Below, one piece after another: positions 1 through 9,721 of a DNA stretch of 64,000 nucleotides. The DNA is from a bacterium (GTDB lineage: Bacteria > Zhuqueibacterota > Zhuqueibacteria > Residuimicrobiales > Krinioviventaceae), in the NCBI GenBank assembly GCA_963693055.1, contig OY843751.1, positions 5,024,001 to 5,088,000 of the forward strand, read 5' to 3'. The notes below the pieces were generated by a model. That model saw nothing but the letters and a program-made list of their open reading frames with translations, did no database searches and was not told the origin of the DNA. Position 1 is the stretch's first letter. Every line of letters begins with the position of its first letter. The position numbers and the translations under genes are program-made.

Positions 1-8
1 AATCCCCC

Positions 9-1715
9 ATGGTTGATCTCTGGTACGTTGACAAAGCAAATTCACAAAACGTAGACGAAACATGGGCTCCGGTAATTGGCAAGCGTTCGCTTGTCGTTAA
101 TAATTATAATGAACTGGAATTGGATTTATTTTCAGAATATCATACCCAAATACATTTAAAACTGATTTTCCGGGCTTATAATGAGGGTATTGCTTTCCGT
201 TATTTAATTAACTCCGAAATGGACAGTGTTACTATCTCAACTGAACTCTCTGAAATTAACTTTATGGAAGATATGCAATGGTGGAGCTATAGAAAAGAAC
301 GCCCACCATTGGGTCCCTCCCTGGCATCACAAATTGATACTACCGTCAACTATCCTTTGCTTGCCCATTCAAAATCCGGTAAAAACATTGCAATACTCGA
401 AGCCCAGCTTGACAATTATCCCTGGGCAATGCCCGCCAGCATTGCCGGGCAATCCGGTTTTTCCTTTGACTATAACAGGCATCTCACCATCCCCGTTCCT
501 TTCAGCATGCCGTGGCGTGTAATCATGATTGGCGAAACCTATGGTGAATTGATCGACTCGGACCTGATCGCCAACCTGAACCCCAAGGCTGATCCTGAGA
601 ATTTTTCCTGGGTTAAACCGGGTGTCTCTTTTTGGGACTGGCGTGCCTGGGGATACAAAGCGGATGATGGATTTGTTTACGGATTGGATCTCCCCTCCTG
701 GAAACGTTTCATCGATCTGGCAGCCGAAACCGGTGTACCTTATTTGTTGCTTGACGCGGACTGGTATGGACCCGAATTTAGTAAAGGTTCGAACCCCCTT
801 ACCGGAGGAAAATCTCAGGATGTTAAAGCTGCAATAGAATATGGTCGTCAAAAAGGAGTAGGTCTGGTTCTGTACCTGAACCATGTTGCTGCCAAAGCAT
901 ATGGCGTTGAAAAAATCATTCAAGCCTATGCGGAATGGGGCGCCAAGGGTATCAAATATGGGTTTATGAAAATTGATGATCCTGTTGAAAAGGTAAATTG
1001 GACCCATTATATCGTAAAACTGTGCGCGCAAAACCAACTTTTTGTGAATTTCCACGATGGTCCGGTCCCTCCTACAGGAGAAGAAGCAACGTTCCCTAAT
1101 TTTGTTCATCGCGAATTCATACATGCCCAATCTGACGGCAAACGTGTTTTTGAACCTGGTGATTATATCAAAATGGTGCATGTAAATACGCTTGCAGGTC
1201 CCGTAGATCAAAATAATGGCATGTTTGACATGGTGAATTCACTGCAGCAACGCCCCAAAATGTTCCAACAGCTCAACTCTACTCCTTTGGCAGAAGCAGC
1301 CAGGACCCTTATCACTTATAGCGGAGGAATGACAGTCATCCCGGATGCTGCGGATATGTATCGCAAACACATGAAACTGTTTCGATTTATCAGTGCACAA
1401 AAGCTGCCATGGGCAGAGAGCAAAACACTCGATTCTCAAATGGGGGAATACATCTCTATGATGCGAAAATCAGGAGACACCTATCTGGTAGCATCGGTTA
1501 CAGATGAATCCGCGCGTGAATTAACCATTGACCTTTCGTTTCTTCCCCCGGGTAAAACATTCAAAGCCGAGATTTTTTCAGATACACCAGAGACGCATTA
1601 TATAAACAACCGAATGGATTATAATATATCCCAAAGAAACGTAACATCAACAGATACAATTATTGCTAAAATTGCACCCGGCAGCGGACATTGTATGATC
1701 ATCGAGCCCAATTAA
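9..1715 (+). CDS. Glycoside hydrolase family 97 protein (probably 5'-truncated by window edge)
   Basis: GH97 motifs FRAYNEGIAFRY, PWRVIMIG, SWVKPG, LDADWY, WGAKGIK, FHDGPVPPTG, GEYISMMRK. The frame is open to the window start and no signal peptide is visible. Confidence 0.85.
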   Translation: MVDLWYVDKANSQNVDETWAPVIGKRSLVVNNYNELELDLFSEYHTQIHLKLIFRAYNEGIAFRYLINSEMDSVTISTELSEINFMEDMQWWSYRKERPPLGPSLASQIDTTVNYPLLAHSKSGKNIAILEAQLDNYPWAMPASIAGQSGFSFDYNRHLTIPVPFSMPWRVIMIGETYGELIDSDLIANLNPKADPENFSWVKPGVSFWDWRAWGYKADDGFVYGLDLPSWKRFIDLAAETGVPYLLLDADWYGPEFSKGSNPLTGGKSQDVKAAIEYGRQKGVGLVLYLNHVAAKAYGVEKIIQAYAEWGAKGIKYGFMKIDDPVEKVNWTHYIVKLCAQNQLFVNFHDGPVPPTGEEATFPNFVHREFIHAQSDGKRVFEPGDYIKMVHVNTLAGPVDQNNGMFDMVNSLQQRPKMFQQLNSTPLAEAARTLITYSGGMTVIPDAADMYRKHMKLFRFISAQKLPWAESKTLDSQMGEYISMMRKSGDTYLVASVTDESARELTIDLSFLPPGKTFKAEIFSDTPETHYINNRMDYNISQRNVTSTDTIIAKIAPGSGHCMIIEPN

Positions 1716-1779
1716 ATAAACATTGCCGGTGTTTTGCAATATACATTGCTCTCGATCTAAAAATTTTGACATTTTTCAC

Positions 1780-1808
1780 TTGAAATTATACCCGTTGTGC
1801 AGTATAAT
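1780..1808 (+). promoter_or_regulatory. sigma70-type promoter
   Basis: TTGAAA-17 nt-TATAAT, about 40 nt upstream of the ATG at 1850. Confidence 0.55.
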
Positions 1809-1849
1809 GTAAACAAATCCACAGGGCATAAAAACGAAAAGGACCAGAC

Positions 1850-2920
1850 ATGAAAAAATTATTTATCTCATTAATTTTGATTACAGCTGTCAGCCTCTTT
1901 GCGCAAAGCTATAATGTTGAAACCTACCGGGTTTTCGGTCCCGAACATCCGGGAAAATACAAACACCCGGCCTCTATTACCCAGCTCGACAATGGAGATC
2001 TCTATATATCTTATTACGGTGGTTCTGGTGAATATGGCGATGATACCGCGGTATACGGGTCACGTCTCAAGGTCGGTTCAACACAATGGACTGCCCCCAA
2101 AGTGATTGCAGATACTCCCAACCGCGGTGAGGGCAATCCTGTAGTATGGCAGGCCCCTGACGGTAAAGTCTGGTTGTTTTATGTAAACCGTTATGGCGAT
2201 ACCTGGTCTAACGCGCGCGTCAAAGTTAAAATTTCTGAGGATGGTGCCGAAAACTGGTCCGATTCTTTTATGATCAATTTTGAAGAAGGCACCATGGCCC
2301 GCAGTCAACCCATCGTTTTGAACAATGGTGACTATTTGCTGCCCATGTATCACGAGACTGGTGGTGACCGCGAAATGTCTGCAGCGTCTACCAGCTCGTA
2401 TTTTTTGCGTTACAACCCCAAAACCAAAGAATGGACCGAGACCAACCGCATCAAATCTCCTGAAGGTAACCTGCAGGCACAGGTTGTACAGATCTCTGAT
2501 GATTATCTCATCGCCTATATCCGTCGCGGCGGCGATTTTCTGCCAACCGACCATGGTTACACCCTGCGTGCCGAGTCCCGCGATGGCGGTTATACTTGGA
2601 CCGATGCTGTGGATTCACAGTTCCCGAATCCCAATTCCGCAGTAGATTTTATCAAATTGCAGAACGGCCATCTGCTGTTGGTTTATAATGACAACATGAA
2701 CGACCGTACCCCGCTGACCGTTGCCGTTTCAACAGACAATGACAAGACCTGGCCCTACAAACGCAACATTGGCGGCGGCGACAATACCTTTGCCTACCCA
2801 TACGCCATTCAGTCCAAAGACGGCAAGATCCACATTGTTTATACCACCAACAACCGTACAACCATCATGCACGCTGTATTTGATGAAGAGGCCATTATTG
2901 GTTCACCCCCCGAGTTTTAA
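1850..2920 (+). CDS. Secreted BNR/Asp-box beta-propeller protein (exo-alpha-sialidase-like)
   Basis: Signal peptide; Asp-boxes SEDGAENW, SRDGGYTW, STDNDKTW; PNPNSA and YPYAIQ motifs; AGGA RBS. Confidence 0.85.
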   Translation: MKKLFISLILITAVSLFAQSYNVETYRVFGPEHPGKYKHPASITQLDNGDLYISYYGGSGEYGDDTAVYGSRLKVGSTQWTAPKVIADTPNRGEGNPVVWQAPDGKVWLFYVNRYGDTWSNARVKVKISEDGAENWSDSFMINFEEGTMARSQPIVLNNGDYLLPMYHETGGDREMSAASTSSYFLRYNPKTKEWTETNRIKSPEGNLQAQVVQISDDYLIAYIRRGGDFLPTDHGYTLRAESRDGGYTWTDAVDSQFPNPNSAVDFIKLQNGHLLLVYNDNMNDRTPLTVAVSTDNDKTWPYKRNIGGGDNTFAYPYAIQSKDGKIHIVYTTNNRTTIMHAVFDEEAIIGSPPEF

Positions 2921-2975
2921 AGTTGGATTTATAATTAAATTTTAAGATTGTACTCGTATATTCTATATTTAAGGG

Positions 2976-3488
2976 ATGATTATGAGAACTATAAAGATAT
3001 CAGAAGAAGTGTGGAATGAAATTGCTAAAAGAGGAAAATTTGGCGAAACAGAAGATGATGTATTGAAAAGAATTTTCAACATTATAAATACTGAAGATTC
3101 TAATACTTTTAATTTGTCTGATTTATTATCTAAAGACCTAAATAAATCCAAACCAATTTTCTTAATTATTGAAAACATGAAACAAAATGTAAAATCATGG
3201 ACACACCTTTGTGAAGTCTTTGTTAATTATATGATTGAAAAAAAATATTTAACAAAAGAAAACATACCCGTTCTCTCATATTCAAAGAAGAATAAATATT
3301 TCATTAATACAAAAAAAGAACATTCCAACCCAGATTTAGATGCAGAATGGCGAAAAGTTCAAAACTATTATATTGATACAAAATATAATTCAAAATGTCA
3401 TGTGAAAAACTTGAAAGCAACATTAGAACAATTGAATATACCTGACCTATCTGTAAAAATTAAAATTAAATTTCACAAATACGATTAA
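2976..3488 (+). CDS. Low-GC hypothetical protein with ribbon-helix-helix N-terminus, SeqA-like architecture
   Basis: N-terminus MRTIKISEEVWNEIAKRGKFGETEDDVLKRIF follows the RHH/SeqA-N pattern. The C-terminal part has VKSWTHL...YYIDTKYNS. Much more AT-rich than its neighbours. Confidence 0.55.
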   Translation: MIMRTIKISEEVWNEIAKRGKFGETEDDVLKRIFNIINTEDSNTFNLSDLLSKDLNKSKPIFLIIENMKQNVKSWTHLCEVFVNYMIEKKYLTKENIPVLSYSKKNKYFINTKKEHSNPDLDAEWRKVQNYYIDTKYNSKCHVKNLKATLEQLNIPDLSVKIKIKFHKYD

Positions 3489-3639
3489 TTAAATAAGCAA
3501 GTTCTATCAGTGTTCAGAAATGTCAGATTGTGTCAAGTAATATTCCTAAAAATGTTCAAAACGTAACCTTTGCGGTTAATAATCTTTTTGCTATTATTTG
3601 GGTTTTTCCCGACACAGCCCAAGCTACAAAAGGGATAAT

Positions 3640-4131
3640 ATGCATTTGGATAAAAAAAATCTTTTCCCTCAATACAACGCAGCAATCGACATGCTCGCAA
3701 ATGCCGTCTCCGCATGTCCTGATGATCTCTGGCACCGGGATAAAGAATTTCAGGATTTTTGGTATATTGCGTATCACACTACGTTCTGGCTGGATTTTTA
3801 TCTCACACCTTCGCCCGATGATTTTACCCCCTTGGCACCGTTCGGGCTTTACGAACTGGATCCCGAGGGAATTCTTCCGGAACGAGTCTATACTCAGCAT
3901 GAAATATCAAGTTATATTGAGCACGGTAAACAGAAATGCGAAACTGTACTCGGCGCATTCACAGCGCATACCGCGGAACTGCCTTACCATTTCGGCTCCA
4001 TAGACATGACTTTTGGCGAACTGTTGCTTTACAATATGCGTCACGTGCAGCATCATACCGGACAACTCGGCTTGCTGCTTCGACAAAATATCGATTCAGC
4101 CCCCGCCTGGATAAAAAGATCAAATCGTTAA
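3640..4131 (+). CDS. DinB family protein
   Basis: FWYIAYHTTFWLDFY and LLYNMRHVQHHTGQL His motifs. Start moved to ATG 3640, behind AGGGA. Confidence 0.85.
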   Translation: MHLDKKNLFPQYNAAIDMLANAVSACPDDLWHRDKEFQDFWYIAYHTTFWLDFYLTPSPDDFTPLAPFGLYELDPEGILPERVYTQHEISSYIEHGKQKCETVLGAFTAHTAELPYHFGSIDMTFGELLLYNMRHVQHHTGQLGLLLRQNIDSAPAWIKRSNR

Positions 4132-5595
4132 TCAGTCCATCTGTTCCACATTACTGCAATTCTCAAAAATAAAGGACTCATCGGTTTTTGCGTTACAGTT
4201 CACATTGTATAACTTGAGTCTGTCAACCCAATTGAATACCATTCCTTTATCAGCAGTCATATTTACGTTTTTCAATACCAGGTTCCGTACGGGCATGGCT
4301 TCCACACTCTGGATGGATACGGCTGTGCCCGCTCCATCACAGTCAATATCATGGATCATGATATTACGAAAAACCGGATACGCATCCGCGTTTTCTGCTG
4401 CCAGCCAGGCTCCGTAATGGGTGTTGATACGTATGGCCTCGTTACGAATATTGCGCATGCTTATATCGCGGTAAAATATATTCTCAACCACTCCCCCGCG
4501 AGCAGCATTAGACTTTAACCGAATTCCGCGATCTGATCCGTCAAACACACAGTCATAACACAATACGTTTCTCACTCCTCCGGACATTTCACTGCCAATC
4601 ACAATGCCGCCGTGACTGCTCAACGCGGTAATATTGCGCACAACAATATTTTCGGTGGGCCTTGCAACCCGCCAGCCATCTTCATTTACCCCGGATTTCA
4701 AACATACCGCATCATCCCCAACATCCAACCGGCAATGCTCAACCAAAACATTACTGCTCGAATCTAAATTGATACCGTCGGTATTGGGGCCGCCTTTGGT
4801 ATGTACCTCCAGATCACGCACAATCACATTATCACAATACGCTATGTGGACCGTCCAGAACGGACCGGGATTGGCAATAGTAAAGCCTTCCAACAATACA
4901 TTCCTGCAATTGATAGGATTTATCATTTGCGGGCGCAACCCGGCTTCCGGTGTGCCGAAAATCCTTTTCTCAGGTCCAATACCTTTTAACACCATAGTAT
5001 TATACATATCAGTAGCGGTACTGCTTTGCTTTTCAGACCAGGGCCACCAGGATTCCCCGTTTCCATAAATCTTTCCGGGACCCGTAACCGCAATATTCAC
5101 ACATTCCCATGCATAGATCAGGGGAGAATAATTATAACATTCAAATCCTGCCCAGCGGGTAAAAACTGCAGGTAGAAAATCATTTGGATCATTACTGAAA
5201 TGGATTTCCGCGCCTTTTAAAAGATGCAAATTCACATTACTGAGCAGATGAATCGCCCCGGTCAGCCATTTGCCTTCCGGAACAATCACCTTTCCCCCGC
5301 CTGCCTCATTACAAGCCACAATGGCTTCTCGTATCGCTTTTGTGTTCAGTACTACACTGTCTCCTACGGCACCATAATCTACAATATTAAATGTACGATC
5401 CATAAATACGGGACGTTTAGGTTGATTCATCTCAAAAGGCGTCATCACAGGAGCAATCTCGTATGGAGGCTTTTCAAGCGCTCCTCGTGATGCTGGCACC
5501 CAGTGCCGGCAGCCAAGATTATTCAATAATAAAATCAATAAAACAAGCAGACAGAATCGAACAGCAATTAAAATCGGCCAGGTGTATTTGCGCAC
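4132..5595 (-). CDS. Glycoside hydrolase family 28 (polygalacturonase-like)
   Basis: NTDG, GDDAVCLKSG, HGGIVIGSE and RLKS catalytic motifs; hydrophobic N-terminus with possible lipobox Cys; GTG start behind GGAG. Confidence 0.92.
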   Translation of the reverse strand: MRKYTWPILIAVRFCLLVLLILLLNNLGCRHWVPASRGALEKPPYEIAPVMTPFEMNQPKRPVFMDRTFNIVDYGAVGDSVVLNTKAIREAIVACNEAGGGKVIVPEGKWLTGAIHLLSNVNLHLLKGAEIHFSNDPNDFLPAVFTRWAGFECYNYSPLIYAWECVNIAVTGPGKIYGNGESWWPWSEKQSSTATDMYNTMVLKGIGPEKRIFGTPEAGLRPQMINPINCRNVLLEGFTIANPGPFWTVHIAYCDNVIVRDLEVHTKGGPNTDGINLDSSSNVLVEHCRLDVGDDAVCLKSGVNEDGWRVARPTENIVVRNITALSSHGGIVIGSEMSGGVRNVLCYDCVFDGSDRGIRLKSNAARGGVVENIFYRDISMRNIRNEAIRINTHYGAWLAAENADAYPVFRNIMIHDIDCDGAGTAVSIQSVEAMPVRNLVLKNVNMTADKGMVFNWVDRLKLYNVNCNAKTDESFIFENCSNVEQMD

Positions 5596-5597
5596 GT

Positions 5598-7376
5598 TTA
5601 TTCTCCTTCCGGTGAAATAAATGGATAATCAAAGGGAGCCGCGGATTCCAGAACCAATGCACCAAATACATCGGTACAATAAACCTGGTTGGGTGATACC
5701 GTAAGGCTTTGCTTCTTACCTCCCCATTCCAGTGTAACCTGTTGTGTTTCCGGGCTAATGCCCACAATTTTAATCAGGTTACCCTCCATATCGGTAACAA
5801 CCCGCACATTGGCTGAACAGGTAAATATCTTTTTCCCGTCTATTGAACCGTCAAACCGGCCATCCTGCAATTGCAGTGTAAAAGCGTGTTTGTCCCATTG
5901 TTGTGTATAGGTGTGTTCTGCCTGTTTATATGCCATTCCGCTGAACCAGACCTCATTATGCTCGGCAGAAAACTCGATGCCATATAAATGGGCAATGTAT
6001 TGCAATACCGCAAGCGCAGTGGGACCATAAGAAGATGTCCGTTGCCCCTGGGGTATATTGGGCTTACCTGTGGTGGGATCAAACTGCTGGGTAAAGATCC
6101 GTTCTTCTCCCACTGCCGGCAGCAATTTATTCGCTATCAGAGTCACTTCAGCACAATGTCCGTAGTTCTCCAATGCCCTTACAGCACGCTGAAATGTCAG
6201 TCCCTGCGGTTGACCGCTCCAGTTGTTCCAGGGCACACTTTTAAATTTGGGATCATTAGCCGCAATGGAAACCAGCGGCATGGGTGTCCAGAACTCGTCC
6301 GGATTCAATAAATGATTTTTAATAAACGCATCAGCCATGTGCTGGGTAAAAACACCATGATACATACATCGTAAATTGTTGTGAATCAGTACATCCATAA
6401 ATTCGTTATCCGGTCCGCGATCATAACAGGCATGCTTTGCCGGAATCCACAGGTAATCGATCAATTTGCGCCGGGTGGTTTCAGACTTTTTCATCCAAAA
6501 ATCAGCTTTACCGTTCTTCAGCTCTGCCGAGATCTGGGCCATAATCCGTTCACCATTGTACGCATAAGACATGACATCCATGGATTCATAATACGCGGGA
6601 AGTTTACTACGGTCCTCTGGCCAGCGTGTGCAGCCATCCTCTCCCGTATCCAGAAACGAGAGCGCCTCCAGGCAGCCGTTATTGTCACTGTCCCGACTCT
6701 TCCACAAAAACGCTTCATGGCGTTCAAACGCATTGTACAAAAGCTCGAGATAGTTTTTATCCTTTTTTAACAAAAAATAGAGCTCCCATGCAGGAGTAGG
6801 AAAGCAATACCCCTGCAATCCTCCAAATTTACGCGAATCCGTATTGATTCGATATGCGATCTGACCATCATCTCCCTGGTTCAAAATAAAGATCATCTGG
6901 TTATTACGGGCGATTTGCAGATTACGTTTGCCCCACATGTATCCACCCATGGGTTGGGTCTCTATCCATGCACCTATATAACCACTACCTTCAATCAATA
7001 TATCCATGTCGAGTGGAGGAGGATAATGCGCTTCATTGTTATAACAAACGGCTTCCGCAGCATTGTACAATCCCATCAGAAACGTATCGCTTACAGTAAA
7101 AATTACTCCGGTTTCAGGGACATCACCCAGCGGAACTGATAGCAGAGGGAATTCTTCCGGCAGAGGTTCAACCCGGCTGCTGCCCGGTATTCTTTTTCCG
7201 TCAGGTTGTCGACGCCGTTCGGGCCTTTGAGTAAGAGTTGCATCATCCGCAGGTTTTTGGATCTGCTCCTCAGGCTTGTTTTCCTGAGCTGTAACTGGGG
7301 ATTGAATTAAAAACACAGGACACATTACCAAAATAAGAATAATGATTAAAACCGGTGTAAATTTCGATGGCAGCAT
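5598..7376 (-). CDS. Secreted (alpha/alpha)6 glycoside hydrolase, MGH1/GH63-like
   Basis: Signal peptide; RDSDNNG, DTGEDG, LLNPDEFWTPMPLVSIA, NWSGQPQG, FTQQFDP motifs. Confidence 0.7.
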   Translation of the reverse strand: MLPSKFTPVLIIILILVMCPVFLIQSPVTAQENKPEEQIQKPADDATLTQRPERRRQPDGKRIPGSSRVEPLPEEFPLLSVPLGDVPETGVIFTVSDTFLMGLYNAAEAVCYNNEAHYPPPLDMDILIEGSGYIGAWIETQPMGGYMWGKRNLQIARNNQMIFILNQGDDGQIAYRINTDSRKFGGLQGYCFPTPAWELYFLLKKDKNYLELLYNAFERHEAFLWKSRDSDNNGCLEALSFLDTGEDGCTRWPEDRSKLPAYYESMDVMSYAYNGERIMAQISAELKNGKADFWMKKSETTRRKLIDYLWIPAKHACYDRGPDNEFMDVLIHNNLRCMYHGVFTQHMADAFIKNHLLNPDEFWTPMPLVSIAANDPKFKSVPWNNWSGQPQGLTFQRAVRALENYGHCAEVTLIANKLLPAVGEERIFTQQFDPTTGKPNIPQGQRTSSYGPTALAVLQYIAHLYGIEFSAEHNEVWFSGMAYKQAEHTYTQQWDKHAFTLQLQDGRFDGSIDGKKIFTCSANVRVVTDMEGNLIKIVGISPETQQVTLEWGGKKQSLTVSPNQVYCTDVFGALVLESAAPFDYPFISPEGE

Positions 7377-7629
7377 AGGTTACCTCCACTGAACTTTTGG
7401 GGTATGTTTAACAATACTGTTTTTTGTCAATTGTAGAACAATCAATTCTTGAATAGAGGCTGTTTCGTATCATACAAATTTCCGGAAATTTTATCAACCC
7501 TTTTTTCCAGACATTCAATTGCACTGCATTTTAGGGGAGAAAATCACATTTATACCATTGCAGGATTTTTTTCGGTAACAAATGCTGTTTATTTATATAT
7601 AATAGAACGTTAAAAAACAAGGAGACAAC

Positions 7630-8169
7630 ATGAAAAAATCATTAATTAGAACCGTTGCATTGTTAATTATAATCAGTTTTATATCATTATCACTGCCGGG
7701 TTGCTATGGCAAGTTCCAGCTGTCTCGCAATCTCTATAAATGGAACGGTCAGGTGGGAGATAAAGCTGCCAACACCGTTGTCATGTGGATCATGATTGTT
7801 ATACCTGTTTATGAGGTTGTTGGCGCCGTAGACTTTTTCATCCTCAATACCATTGAATACTGGACCGGAGAAAACCCGGTTAATATGAGTGCAAATGAAT
7901 CTCAAGTCCGGGTTGTTAACATGGATGGTGTAGATTACGAGATCACAGCAACGCAAAACCGTTTTGACATTCGGTCCCTGAATGAGGACAAACACATCAG
8001 CCTGGTATATCACGACGAAAGCCGCTCCTGGTTTGTACAGGATGATTCCGGCAATATCACCCAGGTCGCGCAACTGGATGATGTGGACCAAAACCTGCTG
8101 CATCTCATCAAACCCGATGGGCAACTCATGGATGTGGATTTGGAGACTAATCAACTCGCTATAAAATAA
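7630..8169 (+). CDS. DUF3332 family lipoprotein
   Basis: Lipobox LPGC followed by YGKFQLSRNLYKWN...PVYEV...DFFILNTIEYWTGENP; AAGGAG RBS. Confidence 0.8.
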   Translation: MKKSLIRTVALLIIISFISLSLPGCYGKFQLSRNLYKWNGQVGDKAANTVVMWIMIVIPVYEVVGAVDFFILNTIEYWTGENPVNMSANESQVRVVNMDGVDYEITATQNRFDIRSLNEDKHISLVYHDESRSWFVQDDSGNITQVAQLDDVDQNLLHLIKPDGQLMDVDLETNQLAIK

Positions 8170-8184
8170 ATTCTATATCAATCA

Positions 8185-8222
8185 AAGAGTAGCGGGGAAA
8201 AACTATCCCCGTTGCTTTTTAT
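8185..8222 (+). terminator. Rho-independent terminator
   Basis: AGTAGCGGGGA...TCCCCGTTGCT stem followed by a T-run, just after the DUF3332 gene. Confidence 0.7.
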
Positions 8223-8238
8223 ATCCTCATCTTTCTGT

Positions 8239-8255
8239 TTGGCTTATAAATTGCA
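8239..8255 (+). promoter_or_regulatory. Putative sigma54 (-24/-12) promoter
   Basis: TTGGCTTATAAATTGCA (GG-N10-GC), upstream of the TauE gene. Confidence 0.5.
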
Positions 8256-8414
8256 ACCCTGTTTTTATATCATTTCTTACCCGAACTGATACTGACACAT
8301 TAAAAACATTAAAATCAAACACTTGAAGAGAGAATTCATTCTCACTGGATCTCCTTATTCGATCTTGTACAAGATAAAAAGTACAATTGGGAGATAAATT
8401 TCGGACAATTTCAT

Positions 8415-9449
8415 ATGATGAAAAATAAATACCTGCATTTCTGGATGGCTGCCGTGCTTCTCTGTCTATGGGGATTGGCCTTCCCCTTTTTCAGACAATC
8501 CTTTACACAGGATTTTTACTATATGCCCTTTTTGGGTGTTATTGCAGCCACAGTTGCCAACACAACTCCCGCGGCAGCAGGCATTGTCTACTTTCCTATT
8601 TTAACTCGATTGCAAATTGCACCATTGGCTGCAGTCCAGTTTAATATGCTTATACAGGCATATGGTATGGGACTAGGTACCGTCAAGTGGTTCATGGTTA
8701 ACAAGCGTCTTTTTATAACCAATGTTTTACCGGTTTGTCTGGTTGGGGGCTTTATTGGGGTATTTACAGGTATCGTTTTGCTCCCGCTTCAAGACCCTAA
8801 AATATTGACCCTGGTATTCAATTTTATTGCATTTGCACTGACGCAGTTTATCTTTTTCTCTATACTTGCCCGGCACAAATACCCCAAATTATCCGTTGTT
8901 CTGAATCCCAAAAATATTGCAATTCTATTTATTTTTTCTTTTGCAGGAGGCTTGATGACGGGATGGATTGGTTTTGGCATTGATACTATATTTTACTTTG
9001 TACTGACGGTTATCTTTCAGATTAATCCTGCCGCATCTATCATCACCAGTATAACACTCATGGCTGCAATGTCCGTATTTGGCAGCCTGTTAAACATCCT
9101 GCTGCACAGTGTACCCATTTCACTATGGTATTCTGCAATACCGGGTGTTACTATTGCGGGTTTGTTTCTTGCCACATTTATCGCCATGAAACTGGGACCG
9201 AAAAACGTGCTATTGCTCTTTACCATGCTGTTGAGCGTGGACTTTTTTGTAACATTCTGGACCCAACAGACTTTACCCATGACTCAGGTTCTGCGTGTTT
9301 TAATCACGTATGCGCTTGTAGCATATATTGTATTTATCCACATCAAAGTATTTAAAAAAGGATACAACGATATGGAAAACATGCTTGGTACATTCAAAGA
9401 ACAAAATGAACCTGTTATGGAAGCAGAAAAAGTACTGGAATACAATTAA
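8415..9449 (+). CDS. Sulfite exporter TauE/SafE family membrane protein
   Basis: About 9-10 TM segments; ATVANTTPAAAGIVYFPIL, IQAYGMG and GGLMTGWIGFGID repeat motifs. Confidence 0.7.
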   Translation: MMKNKYLHFWMAAVLLCLWGLAFPFFRQSFTQDFYYMPFLGVIAATVANTTPAAAGIVYFPILTRLQIAPLAAVQFNMLIQAYGMGLGTVKWFMVNKRLFITNVLPVCLVGGFIGVFTGIVLLPLQDPKILTLVFNFIAFALTQFIFFSILARHKYPKLSVVLNPKNIAILFIFSFAGGLMTGWIGFGIDTIFYFVLTVIFQINPAASIITSITLMAAMSVFGSLLNILLHSVPISLWYSAIPGVTIAGLFLATFIAMKLGPKNVLLLFTMLLSVDFFVTFWTQQTLPMTQVLRVLITYALVAYIVFIHIKVFKKGYNDMENMLGTFKEQNEPVMEAEKVLEYN

Positions 9450-9721
9450 ATCATATTTATAAATGTAAAATGATCAATTGTTAGAGTCAACTTTATATTT
9501 TTAGTAAAAACAAATTAGAATCTCCTATAAATTCTTTCCTTCCCCAAAATGCTGATTACAACCTATGAATCATTCTGTTACTATTCAATCTTGTAAACCC
9601 AAACATTCCCATATATCTGTGATTAGAAAACCAACTTTATCAGCAAAATTTTAATATTGCTTTTAAACTTTTTTAGCGGTAAAATATTCGTTTTTAAATT
9701 TGAATAATCACAGGAGCCTTT

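Noticed and set aside
369-1211. Long antisense ORFs (also 19899-20723, 29658-30428, 59545-60063)
   Set aside because: Shadow frames opposite well-supported genes, with no recognisable motifs.
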